DNA of 64,000 bases from Octopus vulgaris (Eukaryota), in contig OX597832.1 in NCBI GenBank assembly GCA_951406725.2, positions 39,246,001-39,310,000 on the forward strand, read 5' to 3'. Position 1 is the first letter of the stretch. Each line of letters opens with the position of its first letter. The notes beneath the pieces were generated by a model. That model did no database searches, was not told where the DNA came from, and saw only the letters and a list, made by a program, of their open reading frames with translations. The translations under genes were made by a program, and so were the position numbers. Of the stretch, positions 30,997 through 44,211 are shown one piece after another.

Positions 30997-31386
30997 CTCT
31001 TTACTCTTTTACTTGTTTCAGTCATTTGACTGTGGCCATGCTGTAGCACCGCCTTTAGTCGAGCAAATCGACCCCGGGACTTATTCTTTGTAAAGCCCAG
31101 TACTTATTCTATCGTCTCTTTTGCCGAACCGCAAAGTGGCGGGGACTTAAACACACCAGCATCGGTTGCCAAGCAATGCTAGGGGGACAAACACAGACAC
31201 ATACATACATATATATACATATATACGACAGGCTTCTTTCAGTTTCCGTCTACCAAATCCACTCACAAGGCATTGGTCGGCCCGGGGCTATAGCAGAAGA
31301 CACTTGCCCAAGATGGCACGCAGTGGGACTGAACCCGGAACCATGTGGTTAGTTAGCAAGCTACTTACCATACAGCCACTCCTGTG
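30997..31386 (-). mobile_element. SINE family A, full length
   Basis: High identity to 6842-7249. Confidence 0.88.
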
Positions 31387-31436
31387 CCACTATATATAAT
31401 GTTTTTCTTTTTCTTCCATAGATGAATAGCCCATCG

Positions 31437-31745
31437 TCTTCTATATATATAAAAGAGAGTTTGTGTGTATGTCTGTGTGTGTCTGTGCGTGCGCGTGTAT
31501 GCATGTGTGTGTGCGTGTATCTCTTCCTTATGCATTCGAAAACTGAGTTGCCGATTTTGATGTATGGGAAATCAAAAGATTCAGTAGTCTTAGGATTACC
31601 AAATAAATTTTATTTTCATTTACATATCGGCAGTACAAAAATTTTACATTATAACCTTTTCTATAAGTCAACTATTGTAAACATTTTATACCACGACGAC
31701 GACGACGACGTCACATTTTCTATATGAGTGTATACCTTAAGAAAC
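31437..31745 (+). mobile_element. Helitron-like non-autonomous fragment
   Basis: tcttctatatatataaaagagagtttgtgtg...ccgattttga; second copy at 12431-12640. Confidence 0.5.
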
Positions 31746-32047
31746 AACCATTACTCTATATGTTATGAGGAAATACAGTCACTTTCTTTCTCTCCCACAT
31801 GCACACGCAATAATACATGTAAACAATATGTATGCATTTGTATTTATGTAAGTGTATATGAAAGATAATATGAGAGAGAGAGTGAGACAAACAGACAGAT
31901 AGCGAGTGAGTGCCACTAACACATATATGCAAAGAATACATACACGACATAACACAGACTGATGTCCGGTCCAGTGGAAACTGTATATGTCACAAAAACC
32001 GGACCCATGAATCTATACGACTCAGGAAGGATATATATATATATGCG

Positions 32048-32289
32048 CGGGTGGGGCAAAAGTAGGTTTACAGTTATCACGTAGGTATTTTAAATTTATT
32101 TCAAAACATTTTATTACATTTAAATTTCTATCTTATAAACTGAAACGGGAGCTTAACAAAATTAACTAAATTAGAATAGGATAATGGTTTCGTGTACTTT
32201 TTTTTTATATATAATTAAGATTTAAACTGTTTATATATTAATACTAAAGGGATAGTCGAATAACTGTAAACCTACTTTTGGGCCACCCT
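32048..32289. mobile_element. MITE (Tc1/mariner-type TIRs)
   Basis: gggtggggcaaaagtaggtttacagttat at left and ataactgtaaacctacttttgggccaccc at right, AT-rich interior. Confidence 0.8.
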
Positions 32290-32305
32290 TCCTGTCTCTG
32301 TCTGT

Positions 32306-32335
<30 letters not shown>

Positions 32336-32339
<4 letters not shown>

Positions 32340-32836
32340 AATTTTAGGGTAGCAAAAAATTCTAGAAAAATTCTCCGCTACCACCAGTCAAGTGAGAAAG
32401 AGAAAATAGTCAATAGAGACTATGTAATATACATTCAAACATATAAGGGATGGTCATAATGGGACATCCGACTCACTAGAAAGAGCAGTTAAACTCCAAA
32501 CCACTGATAGTTGTAATTCTGAAATGGAAAGAGAAATAAAAACGTTTACCCTATCCTTTTTGGACTATGCATAGTTTCGGCAATCTTTAGTAAATAAAAT
32601 AAATTTATTTACCACTGGCATTGCCTCTTCAGCAGAAAAGCCAAGGACTACCATATATTCACGAGGCGATAATAAACATGCCTCGAGTCTATATGCTATA
32701 ACTTTTCAAAATCCACCACTATCGCGTGGTTTTCTCAGCAGTAAATATAAACTGGCGATTTAATTTCAAAATTAACTGCTCTTTCTGGTGAGTCGGATGT
32801 CCTATTATGGCCATCCCTTATATGTTTGAATATATA
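32336..32836 (-). mobile_element. Hammerhead-bearing asymmetric inverted-repeat element, family H2
   Basis: Flanked by (TA)n; arms 32427-32492 and 32772-32836; left extension 32336-32426. Confidence 0.75.
32555..32640 (-). ncRNA. Type I hammerhead ribozyme, canonical core, long stem II
   Basis: Minus strand: cttttctg CTGAAGA GGCAAT...tggtaaataaa/tttatttacta...ATTGCC GAAAC tatgcata GTC caaaaagg. Confidence 0.8.
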
Positions 32837-32837
32837 T

Positions 32838-32888
<51 letters not shown>

Positions 32889-33400
32889 TATGTATATATT
32901 GATATATATGTTGTGCCTACATATATATGCATATAATACGTGTGTGCGTTTCTGTTAGTGTGTGAGTGTGCACTCCCCCGTGTGTGCAACCAACGGCAGT
33001 GAGGTTTGCTGAGTGAATATTTGGGTGCATCAGTGTATACAAACACGGAGTGTACGCGTTCTAGTGTGCATGTATAATCTAAAGGTCAGGTAAACGGTTC
33101 GCTAAGTCCATTAGCGGAGTCATTATTGCTGCAAATATATTCAAATTGATGATAGATACTCCAGTTATTAAAGTTCCATTCCATCACAGTTATTTCCCAA
33201 GAGTCCTTGCTGCCCGTTCCATTTGGTTGCACCTAGCATATCGGTTTCTGTCATGCTTCATTTGCTAAGGCTATTGTCATTCTTGCTTATAAATATGCGT
33301 GTGTGTGTATGTGCGTTTAAGTATATACGCATTTGCATTTGCGTGTGTGTATTTGTGTAATAAATATATATCTATATGCATATATAGAGTTTCATCTAAA

Positions 33401-33458
<58 letters not shown>

Positions 33459-33623
33459 TATATGTATATAATATGCATATACATATAATATGCGTGTGTA
33501 TATATATGTTTGTGTGTATTTAAATATGAATGCACTTTATGCGTATATATATAAATATATATATGTATGCACGTATATGCATATATATATACACACACAC
33601 CCAAAAATATATTTGTGTGTATG

Positions 33624-33746
<123 letters not shown>

Positions 33747-34018
33747 ATATACATATTCGACAGTTTGTACGAAGATGTGCGAGTGAAATTTATAAGCGAG
33801 TTGTATACATATTTATGGGTATCAGCTGATAATGTTTCATATATATGCACACCAGGTCGCATACATATTGTTGTGTAGACAGATGTAAAAATCGTAATTA
33901 CAAATAGCAATAAACCGCGCTTTTACTTTCGTTTCCGGGTATATGAAAACCACCATACAAACGCTCGGATACATACGTAGGACGATGTTTTTATGTGTGT
34001 GCATGTGTGTGTCTATGC

Positions 34019-34092
<74 letters not shown>

Positions 34093-34340
34093 TCTTTTAC
34101 TTGTTTCAGTCATTTGACTGTGGCCATGCTGGAGCACCGCCTTTAATCGAGCAACTCGACCCCGGGACTTATTCTTTTGTAAGCCCAGTACTTATTCTAT
34201 CGGTCTCTTTTGCCAAACTGCTAAGTAACGGGGACATAAACACACCAGCATCGGTTGTCAAGCAATGCTAGGGGGACAAACACAGACACACAAACACAGA
34301 CACACAAACACAGACACACACATACGTATATATATATATA

Positions 34341-34798
34341 ATGTGAAATAGAAAGATGAATAATCTTGTAGTAGATTAATCAAAAGTTTAACCGATACCT
34401 TAGTAGCAAAAATCACAGCAGTAAAACAGCACGGTTGGAGGTACAACCATATGGTGTTGCAACCGTGCGTTGGTGCGGATAATTGAAATTAGAACATTAT
34501 TGGTGAATTGAAGAAATGGAGCTGAACGCAGATTGAACAGAAATCGTTTTATTTCATTCTACACGTGTTTCGAAAGGCACAAATTACCAAAATCCGATGG
34601 AATAATGGGACCATATTGTGTCTTTCTCTTCAGGAAGAAAATAGGAAATCCGTTGGAAAAACAAAAACAGAACAGAGGCGGAGCAAAAACAAATCGAACT
34701 ATGCTCCTAAGAGCCCATGGCGAAACACGTGTAGAATGAAATAAAACGATTTCTGTTCAATCTGCGTTCAGCTCCATTTCTTCAATTCACCAATAATG

Positions 34799-34800
<2 letters not shown>
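34341..34800 (-). mobile_element. Hammerhead-bearing asymmetric inverted-repeat element, family H3
   Basis: Arms 34493-34572 and 34721-34800 are exact reverse complements; left extension 34341-34492; (TA)n on both sides. Confidence 0.78.
34552..34640 (-). ncRNA. Type I hammerhead ribozyme, canonical core, long stem II
   Basis: Minus strand: tttcttc CTGAAGA GAAAGACACAA...TTGTGCCTTTC GAAAC acgt GTA gaatgaaa. Confidence 0.8.
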
Positions 34801-34835
<35 letters not shown>

Positions 34836-35514
34836 TACGACAGGCTTCTTTCAGTTTCCGTCTACCAAATCCACTCACAAGGCATTGGTCGGCCCGGATC
34901 TATAGCAGAAGACACTTACCCAAGATGCCACGCAGTGGGACAGAACCCGGAACCATGTGGTTGGTAAACAAGCTACTTACCACACACCCACTCCTGCGCC
35001 TTTTAATGTGTAAATATTTTTATATAAACGAAAATCTATATTCTCGAACATATATTTGCATATATACTAGAAGCTTTGTATGTCTGTGTGTGCACGCTGG
35101 GGCGACAGATTATACTCTACTTTAGAGTATGTCTCAAAACCACCCCTGCTTCGTGTAATGGAATAAACAAGGCAAATATAAACAAATGTTTTTCTACAAT
35201 ATCTTCGCATTCGTAGACTTCAGTACTAGTCTCACTGATTTCGACGGTGTTCAGAACGGCTCTTTAGTGAGCATGCACTCCACCAGATATCATGTCCAGG
35301 GAGACGCTGTAAATAGAGCCAATGCAATGAAAGACTTCATTAAACACGTAGCGCGGGGCTTAGCGCATCGATAATTGCGTAACTCGGCTCACTGCCATCA
35401 AAACGCTATTTATGCAAATCAGATTTGTACAATACGATCGTACAACCTAATTATATGCTCATAACAGGATGTGACGTTGAGTAACCATCGTCGTCGTCGT
35501 CGTCGTCATCATCG

Positions 35515-35556
<42 letters not shown>

Positions 35557-35565
35557 CTACCATCT

Positions 35566-35596
<31 letters not shown>

Positions 35597-35635
35597 CACC
35601 ATCATCATCACCATCATCATCATCATCACCATCAC

Positions 35636-35677
<42 letters not shown>

Positions 35678-35694
35678 TATCATCTTCATCATCG

Positions 35695-35729
<35 letters not shown>

Positions 35730-35761
35730 GTCATCATCATCGTCGTCATCATCATCATTAA

Positions 35762-35810
<49 letters not shown>

Positions 35811-35872
35811 GTCATCATCATCGTCGTCATCATCATCATTAACATCATCATCATCATCATCATCATCATTAA

Positions 35873-35915
<43 letters not shown>

Positions 35916-36184
35916 GTCATCATCATTAACAGCATCATCTCAGACTTCCCTCCATTATGAAAGCATTCTTACTCATCAATTTGCGTGCAATTACACTTTT
36001 ATATTGAAGTAGTGGCCGCCGTTTCGGTAATTGGTCCGTCATGGAGCAGGAACTGTGTTTCAAGAATTATGAAGTTCTAATAATGCAATGTTATTACTCT
36101 TATTTTTCATCTACGAAGTTGTGTCTCGTGTCACCGAAACAATTAAAAATAATTATTTCGACAAATAACTCATGTATACATATT

Positions 36185-36400
36185 GATTTCAAATAGTGGC
36201 ACAAGGCCAGCAATTTCAGAGGAGGAGTGTAAGTCGATTACGCCAACCCCAGTGCTCAACTGGTACTTACTTTGTCGACCCCGAATGGGATGAAAGGCAA
36301 AGTCGATTTTGGCGGAATTTGTACTCACAACGTAAGGACGGACCGAATACTGCTAAGCATTTTGCCTGGCGTGCTAAACATTCTGTCAGTTCGGCGCCCT
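36185..36400 (-). mobile_element. SINE family B
   Basis: Reverse-complement homology to family B. Confidence 0.72.
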
Positions 36401-36876
36401 ATACGTGTATAAATATTTGTCCTTGAATAACATCGTTGGGCCCCCGCCTATCAAGAGTGTATATATGTATAAATACACGCCTACAAACAAACACACATAC
36501 TTACACACTCACAAACGCACACGCGCGCTCACACCACACACACACACAAGCACACACACAAACACACACACATATACAGTTATACATGCACATGCCGACA
36601 GACAGAAAGAGAAGGATACATGGTTGAATACTTATGAAGTTCACTTCGAAACCACGTGTTTCCCGCTCGTTCTCCCAGCGTCGCACCTACGGGAACTTTA
36701 TATATATACGAACATACATATACATATTTGATTGCGTCTGGGTGTGTGTGTGTGTGTAATAATATGATATGCTTAACTTTTTTAGCGTAGGCCAGCATTT
36801 GCCCATACGTGTAAATCTTCCCACTTTACACCTCCAGTGTTTTCTAGGGAAAAGCATTTTTAATGTACAAATACTA

Positions 36877-36933
<57 letters not shown>

Positions 36934-37018
36934 AAATCCTTTTCGGGTATATATATATATATATGTATATATATACACACAACACATACATACATACATA
37001 CTTACATACATATAAGTG

Positions 37019-37063
<45 letters not shown>

Positions 37064-38450
37064 TTGTAATAGTCGGGTTTCTTTCAGTTTTCCTTTACCA
37101 AATCCGCTCACAAGTCTTCGGTCGGGCCGGGGCTATATTAGAAGACACTTAACCAAGGTGCCATACAGTGGGACTGAACCCTAAGCCATAGGGTTGAGAA
37201 ATTAACTTCGTATCCACAACCAACCTTGCACCATAATAAGCAAAATTATTTTGTTTTACTTGGAATATAAGTTATGATCAATTGAAGTAGCCCCAGTATA
37301 TTACTGCTACTATCTTTTATCGCCTTGGAATTGTCAAATTTTAAAAGGAATTAGAATACGAATCCGTAAAGAGTTTTTCTTGTCCTTGCTTTCTGTGGTT
37401 GTTTAGCTCGAGACTGCTGTAATTAAGTAAACCCATAACCAAAGGAATTGCAACCGTGACCATCACGTCTTTTAAATATCTAAGAATAAACTGGTCAATG
37501 CGTCCTTCGTTATTTTATGGCAGAAGGGAGTAAATTTAGTGAGATTTGGCTATTTCCAGTTGGTTGGTCATCACGTTGGATCAAAGTATTGTCACGCATT
37601 TTGAGATATTAAACTTGATGGTGAAAAGCCTAAAAGACAGTCTTTTCTCGGTCATCCATTTTAATACTCCTTGAAGAGGAAATAAAGTAATTATGATGAA
37701 TATTTGAGGAAATGTTCAACAAATATGGCGCCTGTCTGACACTCTGGGGTGTATTCAGTCATGCGCTCCCGTCTAACTTGTGGCAGACGTAGTGTCTCTT
37801 ACACACACACACACACACAAATACTACTCTATGTTCACTGAACCACAGTATGGTAACCAGAGACTGATATTATATTTACTCGCAACCGTTCTGATCGAGT
37901 TATATACCCCACCACGCCACTAAAACTCATACATATCAAAGCACATTGCTCAAAGGAAACTTTAAACGAGAGTATATTGCTTCTTATTGAATAAACTATA
38001 TTAGAAATAAAACTAAAGCTAAAATACTAGATAAAAATTATTGCTTTATTGAACTACGCAGTGACTTAGACTTGAATGAATGAGGAAAAAATATTTGAAG
38101 CTCAAACAGAAATTATTTAAAATTTCTTCGATTGGAAAGAAAAACCAATATAGTGAATGTTTTGGTAGGAAAAGCTTAGGGAGATTATTGTGGTTGGAAG
38201 CAGCATTTAGCGGTGAGAAGATGTTATGGAAAAGACGTAAGTAATCGATAAATGCATTCAATAAGCGTTTCTAATATTGTTTCCATTGGTTAATTGTTTA
38301 TGGCAATTTAGCTGCTACATTGGTTGACTGGGACCGTGTCAAACGCCCCCACCCCCCGTCTCTCTTTCATCCGTTCGCCATTCCATGGAGCTTGTTTTGA
38401 TTGCTTGAGCTTGTTTGCGGAAGGATTTATTTCTATACTGGTCAGGACAA

Positions 38451-38692
38451 AGGCGGCGAGCTGGCAGAACGGTTAGCACGCCGGGCAAAATGCGTAGCCG
38501 TATTTCGTCTGCCGTTACGGTCTGAGTTCAAATTCTGCCGAGGTCGACTTTGCCTTTCATCCTTTCGGGGTCGATAAATTAAGTATATTAAGTATCAGTT
38601 ACGCACTGGGGTCGATGTAATCGACTTAATTCGTTTGTCTGTCCTTGTTTGTCCCCTCTGTGTGTAGCCCCCTTGTGGGTAATAAAGAAACA
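38451..38692 (+). mobile_element. SINE family B, full length, with 17 bp target-site duplication
   Basis: tatactggtcaggacaa at 38434-38450 and 38693-38709 flanks the element. Confidence 0.92.
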
Positions 38693-39469
38693 TATACTGG
38701 TCAGGACAATTAACTGCTTGTAAGCAATTCTCGAGCAAGTTACTATTTCGTCAGTAGACCTGTAAGAATTTCTGTCCCGGAAAATCGCATATGAAACATA
38801 CGGTATTCTCTTTAATTGTAAAGAAAAACATTAATAGATGCAGGCCAAAATAAAATGGCCACAGTTGAAAGAAATATGATCACGTGTCTTCTGGATCGAG
38901 GACAACCAGTCTCAAAACAACTGATGGAACATCTTTGATTATAAGACTTTTGATTCAGAGATGATCTGGATCTAAAATGCATCAAAGAGCAACAATTTTT
39001 GGCACAGCTCTTGATCACGTATCATCTGTATCAGAGCTGATCTCGAAAAACATCAAGGAACAACAAATGGCGGAAGATATGCGATTACGACCTTGGGCAA
39101 AACAAACTGCTGATAGACTTTCTGATCTCTGATTTGAGGGGTAAAGAAACGAAGCCTTCTAAGAATTTTTGAGATGAAGAATCGTTATTCACTGATTTAT
39201 TCAGACTCATTTCCTCGTGTTGAATGTTATAGTCACAATCTTACGGCCATTAAACGTTTCAGCTTAATTCAGGCGCGTTTTAGGAATGAGGAATCAATCT
39301 TTCATTAAATCCTCGAAGAATTATCATTCTCTCTCCGTTTGTTCATACCAAAGATGTCCTCCTTATTAATTGCAGTCCATGTGATGCCAATAGTTTGTTA
39401 CTCATCAAACAGTGTACACACACACAACATACATGTATGAGTATATATATATATATATATATATATATA

Positions 39470-39704
39470 CCGGAGTAAACACATAAATGTGAAACAAGGT
39501 GGAAAAAAGAGTACTCAAATACCAGTGGTAGAGTAATATGCTTTATTTAAAGCAGCAGAAAATTCAACAAAACCTGTTACTCTGAGTTTCCCGTTGCCAT
39601 TCGTCGGACAGTTTTTGCTAGATTCTAGCAAAAACTGTCCGACGAACGGCAACGGGAAACTCAGAGTAACAGGTTTTGTTGAATTTTCTGCTGCTTTAAA
39701 TAAA

Positions 39705-39705
<1 letters not shown>
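39470..39705. mobile_element. Hammerhead-bearing hairpin element, family H4
   Basis: Near-perfect palindrome 39541-39705 (centre 39623) plus 70 bp left extension, in (TA)n; copies at 50663-50877 and 47945-48391. Confidence 0.82.
39631..39677 (+). ncRNA. Minimal type I hammerhead-like motif (U4C variant); mirror copy on minus strand ~39570-39615
   Basis: aaaactgt CCGACGA acggcaacgg GAAAC tcaga GTA acaggtttt. Confidence 0.6.
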
Positions 39706-39774
<69 letters not shown>

Positions 39775-40888
39775 GTGTGTGTACTACAGACAGATTTAAT
39801 TCAAAATCCACCAAACCAAATACTGAATTCGGAGTATACAGCGTCGAATGTAAACGCTGTAATGCCCTTTGCCACTGTACATCCACGTCTTTGACTGGTG
39901 CTTTATTTCATCCTCCCCAAAAGATGAAATGCAAAGTTCCCGTGGTTGAATTTGAACGCAGAACGTTCAGAGTTGTAACTAAATATTACGATACATTCCC
40001 CCCCCCCCCAACACTCCACCGTCTCCGTCGCTATCCCCCTACCTCACCCGCCCGCCAGCGTAGATTTAACTATATAATAATAGCAAGACTTCGGCTTGAA
40101 ACAAAGAACATTTATTCATCGATTAGACAAATTCAACTGAAACGTTTGGGGAAAATAACAAAGAGATATTTTTAGAACAGTGAAAACAATGGAATATATT
40201 GAAGGGGGAAAAAAAAGAAAACAAATTGAATATCTTTAAAATAGAAATTATGATTTCGTACTAAAGTCTATAGCAGAAAACCAACTACTTACTTAATATA
40301 CATTATCTAATATGACTTACTTAATATAACTCCTTGTATCGTTATTTCATTCTCCCAAAGCGGTGAAGTCAGTAGAAGGAAGAAATAGAGGTTTAGCGTT
40401 TACGTATTGATTTTGAGCAGTTTCGGCGGAACGGAGCGGGTCTTATGTACCCCGCCACCGCTGTATTTAGCCATATCAAAAAAATAAACATATAAAAATA
40501 CAAAAACAAAATAGACATATATTACTTTGATCAACTTTGTAAGTGAAATATTCTATACATACATTTATACACACAAACACACACACACACATACACACAC
40601 ACACACACACACACATACACATCATGGACTCTCCTGGCGTTAGAAGACATATGACTGTTCTCCAATTTCTTGTGATTTGCTTATAGTGATCACATAATTG
40701 TGTTCACATAATCTCAATCACTCCATGAAATCGACATTTACCTGTACAGGTACGCACCGCGCGCCACATCATCGCCAAACAACATGAAATGAAGTGTTTT
40801 GCTGAAGAACACAACGCGACGCCCGGTCTGGGAATTGAAACCACGATCTCGCAATCGTGAGTGCAGCACCGTAACTACTAAGCCATGC

Positions 40889-40975
<87 letters not shown>

Positions 40976-41425
40976 ACAGGATATTTTATTGTCGATAGAT
41001 CTTATATCAGATATTTCTTTGCTGATACATCTTAAATAAAATATTTCATTATTGATATATCTTATATTTTTACAACATTAGATAATTCACACACCTTACG
41101 ATATTACATACTTCGTATATGTCATATGTACGATACCATATATTTGATATGCCTTTATATACGATATCACATTGTTGATATATCTTACAATATTACATAC
41201 TTGACGTATCCTGCACATGATACTACATGTGTTGATATATTCTACATATGATATATAACTAATATATCCAATTATGATTGTGGATATAACTTATATACGA
41301 TAATGGATAGTTTATAAATATTACATACATAACACATAGATCTAACACGCAGTGGACATATGCCATACATGGTATTGTGTTGTTGATATACTGTATGTAC
41401 AGCAATACGTACAATCCTATATAAT

Positions 41426-42140
41426 CCGTTTCAAAAATTAGTACACCTCTGCCAGCAGACTTTTTATTCATTTTGTTCATTTTATTTCTGTTATTCATTT
41501 TTTCTGGTTATCTAATTACAACTGCATTCTTACACTGATGTCAGATCTAATAAACAGACAGGAAATGTTTACATTGACATGATTCCAAGAGTTTGTACTC
41601 TACAAGACCGTGCATTGTCATTCTAGGTTTCTGGAATACAGTATTATATAGAAAGTTTGGAAACTGCCAAGCATGAATCCGGTTCCTGCTGAATCCAGTG
41701 GTTGCAACGTATCAGAGCTTTCTATTCATCAACTTGTATGGACGTCATTCACGACGAAAACCACTGTTGAAGGATGGCACAAATATGCCCATTTAAAGTT
41801 CGCCAGAACCCTTAAGACCCAAGCCATGTAATTCTCGAATAAGATGCTTTGGTCCGATCATATAAAATTCTCGATATGTGAATGGCGACTGATAAATACT
41901 GGAGTATCCTGGAGAAAATGTTTCCAGCATTAAAAAGCCTCGATCAGGATACTAGACAAATGACATCCAAGATTTCTGCTAGAGTAACTGCAGCATTTTT
42001 GAAACAGATAAATGTAGAGCTGATAGAGCGGCCCAGCATTTCAACGGATGTCATTCAATTGAGCATCTCAGAGAAGTTCTAAAGGGGAAAGTGGAAGGCG
42101 CGGCAACCACCAGATCTTTAATAGCACAAGTTTATCATCT
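41426..42140 (+). pseudogene. Decayed Tc1-family transposase remnant
   Basis: NKMLWSDHIKF (~41839) resembles NVLWSDESK; ORF 41882-42082 YWSILEK...SARVTAAFLKQINVELIERPSISTD then IEHL in another frame resembles LEWPSQSPDLNPIENLW. Confidence 0.6.
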
Positions 42141-42149
42141 GAAGAGTGG

Positions 42150-42195
42150 CAAGTGATGGTGGGGGGACAAACTCACACACACACACATATATATA

Positions 42196-42256
<61 letters not shown>

Positions 42257-42645
42257 CGGTAAGATAACAAAATAATAAAGAGACCTCAATAATATGTAAA
42301 TAGAAGAAATTTATCTATAAAATAATATGTTACAATTATTCAATAGTCAAGATAAAACTCTGAGTTTCAGATGACGAAGAGATGGTGTTGTGGTTTTCCA
42401 CTTCGGCATCTGAAACTCAGAGTTTTATCTTGACTATTGAATAATTGTAACATATTATTTTATATATATATATACATATATATATAATTCGTGTTTCTTT
42501 CAGCTTCCGTCTACCAAATCCACTCACAAGGCTATGGTCGGCCCGAGACTATAGTAGAAGACACTTGCCCAAGGTACCACGCAGTGGGACCGAACCCTGA
42601 GCCATGTGGTTGGTAAGCAGGCTACATACCACACAGCCACGCCTG
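42150..42645 (-). mobile_element. SINE family A copy split by a hairpin insertion
   Basis: caagtgatggtggggggacaaac at 42150, (TA)n, insert 42252-42464, head 42490-42645. Confidence 0.75.
42252..42464. mobile_element. Asymmetric hairpin element with half hammerhead motif
   Basis: Arms 42316-42379 and 42401-42464; contains GAAACTCAGAGTT (same stem III as H4) but no CTGANGA half. Confidence 0.7.
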
Positions 42646-44114
42646 TTTACATATATTAGAAAGGCTACCAATGGGTTCCAGTAAGTAAAATCTCTTAACA
42701 TTTATCAAACTTGCCAAGTCTCCATCTTGGATGAGAATGGATACACGAAGATAGGGGACGATGTAGCACTATTCTCATGTGGTCAGTTTGATAATTGTTG
42801 AGAGATTTCTCTCTTCATGAAAACATTTGTAACCTTGTTAACCCACAAATAAAGAATATTTTCCACCAATGCAGAGTTGAACATTCCTTGTCATTGTTCT
42901 ATATTAGCGTATATATAAAAGTATGTATATATGCATGTGTGTATGTGTGGGGGGAGCTATGCTGTCTATAAATGTTCATGTATATGCATTCATGTATTGT
43001 AAGAGAATCTCTAAAAGTGTGTGGTGCAATATTGGTGGTGCTGCTTGCAAGAGAATTGTAAAGTGAAGTGAAAGACATTTAACCCGGAATTGAAACTCTG
43101 TCACCAGCTCCGTCTCGTTACAGACAGACACACCCCCAGCCTACGCCAAGGCCCATACCGAACGCTTTTGCTTTCTTTGTATATTCAAACCCATTTGAAT
43201 ATCTTGGTGAAAATCTGTGTATTTTCTCATACAACAGATCGATAAGTTTGAAACAATCTCTCAACTGTAATTATTCATGGTTTATTCAGAAAACGATTGT
43301 ATGGAAATAAATATATATTCTAAATTATTCCTGATTATCTGATTAGGATCAGTTAAATGTTTGCTTTACTGTTATGTTTTTGTTCAGTTTCATTTTAGTC
43401 TTGTTAGCTTCTGTTCCTTTCTACACAACACTCGACATTTCTATCCAGTTCATCTCAAACAAATTATAAATATATTTTGACTGCAAACTTTAATAAAATC
43501 AATTTCAAACGCTGCAAAACTTATTCCTGATATATTACCAATCGTTTATTATTGGTAAAGATGGTTCTTCTGAAAATACAACAAAATACCATTGGATAGT
43601 ATGGAGATAACTATCAATCTCTTTTCAGACTTCAATAAGTGAATAAGAAGATAAAATAAAATGGCGTCTTGAATTATAAAACTGCAGGGAGCTCAGAAAT
43701 TTTTCGACTGAACATTTTGAAACATATTCCTAGTATATTACTATCGCAGAGCAGAATAAACCTCTAATCTCTGTAAACTTCGTAACATGGAAGCATAAAG
43801 TTACAATTGATTTTTGTCTCACCTGAGCATTGCAGTGGTTTAAAAGTTAGTGAAAACTTCAGTATTTTCTGGTTTGGGATCTCCAGAAAGGAAATCCAGC
43901 CTTTCTGAAATGATTTTGGCTAAGTTGAGGATGTGTGTTCAGCAGTAGAGGGTGAACAAACGAGAAACATCTTCTACAAGTTCTTCCAACCTGTTAAAAA
44001 TAGTCCATATAATAAACAATAAACAATTCTCTCCAACTTTGTCACCAGTCTATCAGTTTTTAAGTGGTGTGAGGACGATCTATTGACCTTTCCTCGAAAC
44101 ATCGAAAGATGAGG

Positions 44115-44211
<97 letters not shown>

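Larger units (their letters stand above)
34092..35000 (-). mobile_element. SINE family A copy split by an H3 insertion
   Basis: Tail 34092-34325, insert 34341-34800, head 34830-35000. Confidence 0.85.

Noticed and set aside
39594-40175. 193 aa ORF with a repeated peptide on the opposite strand
   Set aside because: Product of the H4 hairpin, a (TA)n tract and a SINE B remnant.
41030-41410. Degenerate ~30 bp periodicity (also pentamer-like decay at 18935-19480)
   Set aside because: Consistent with old decayed mini/microsatellites; no conserved unit can be defined.
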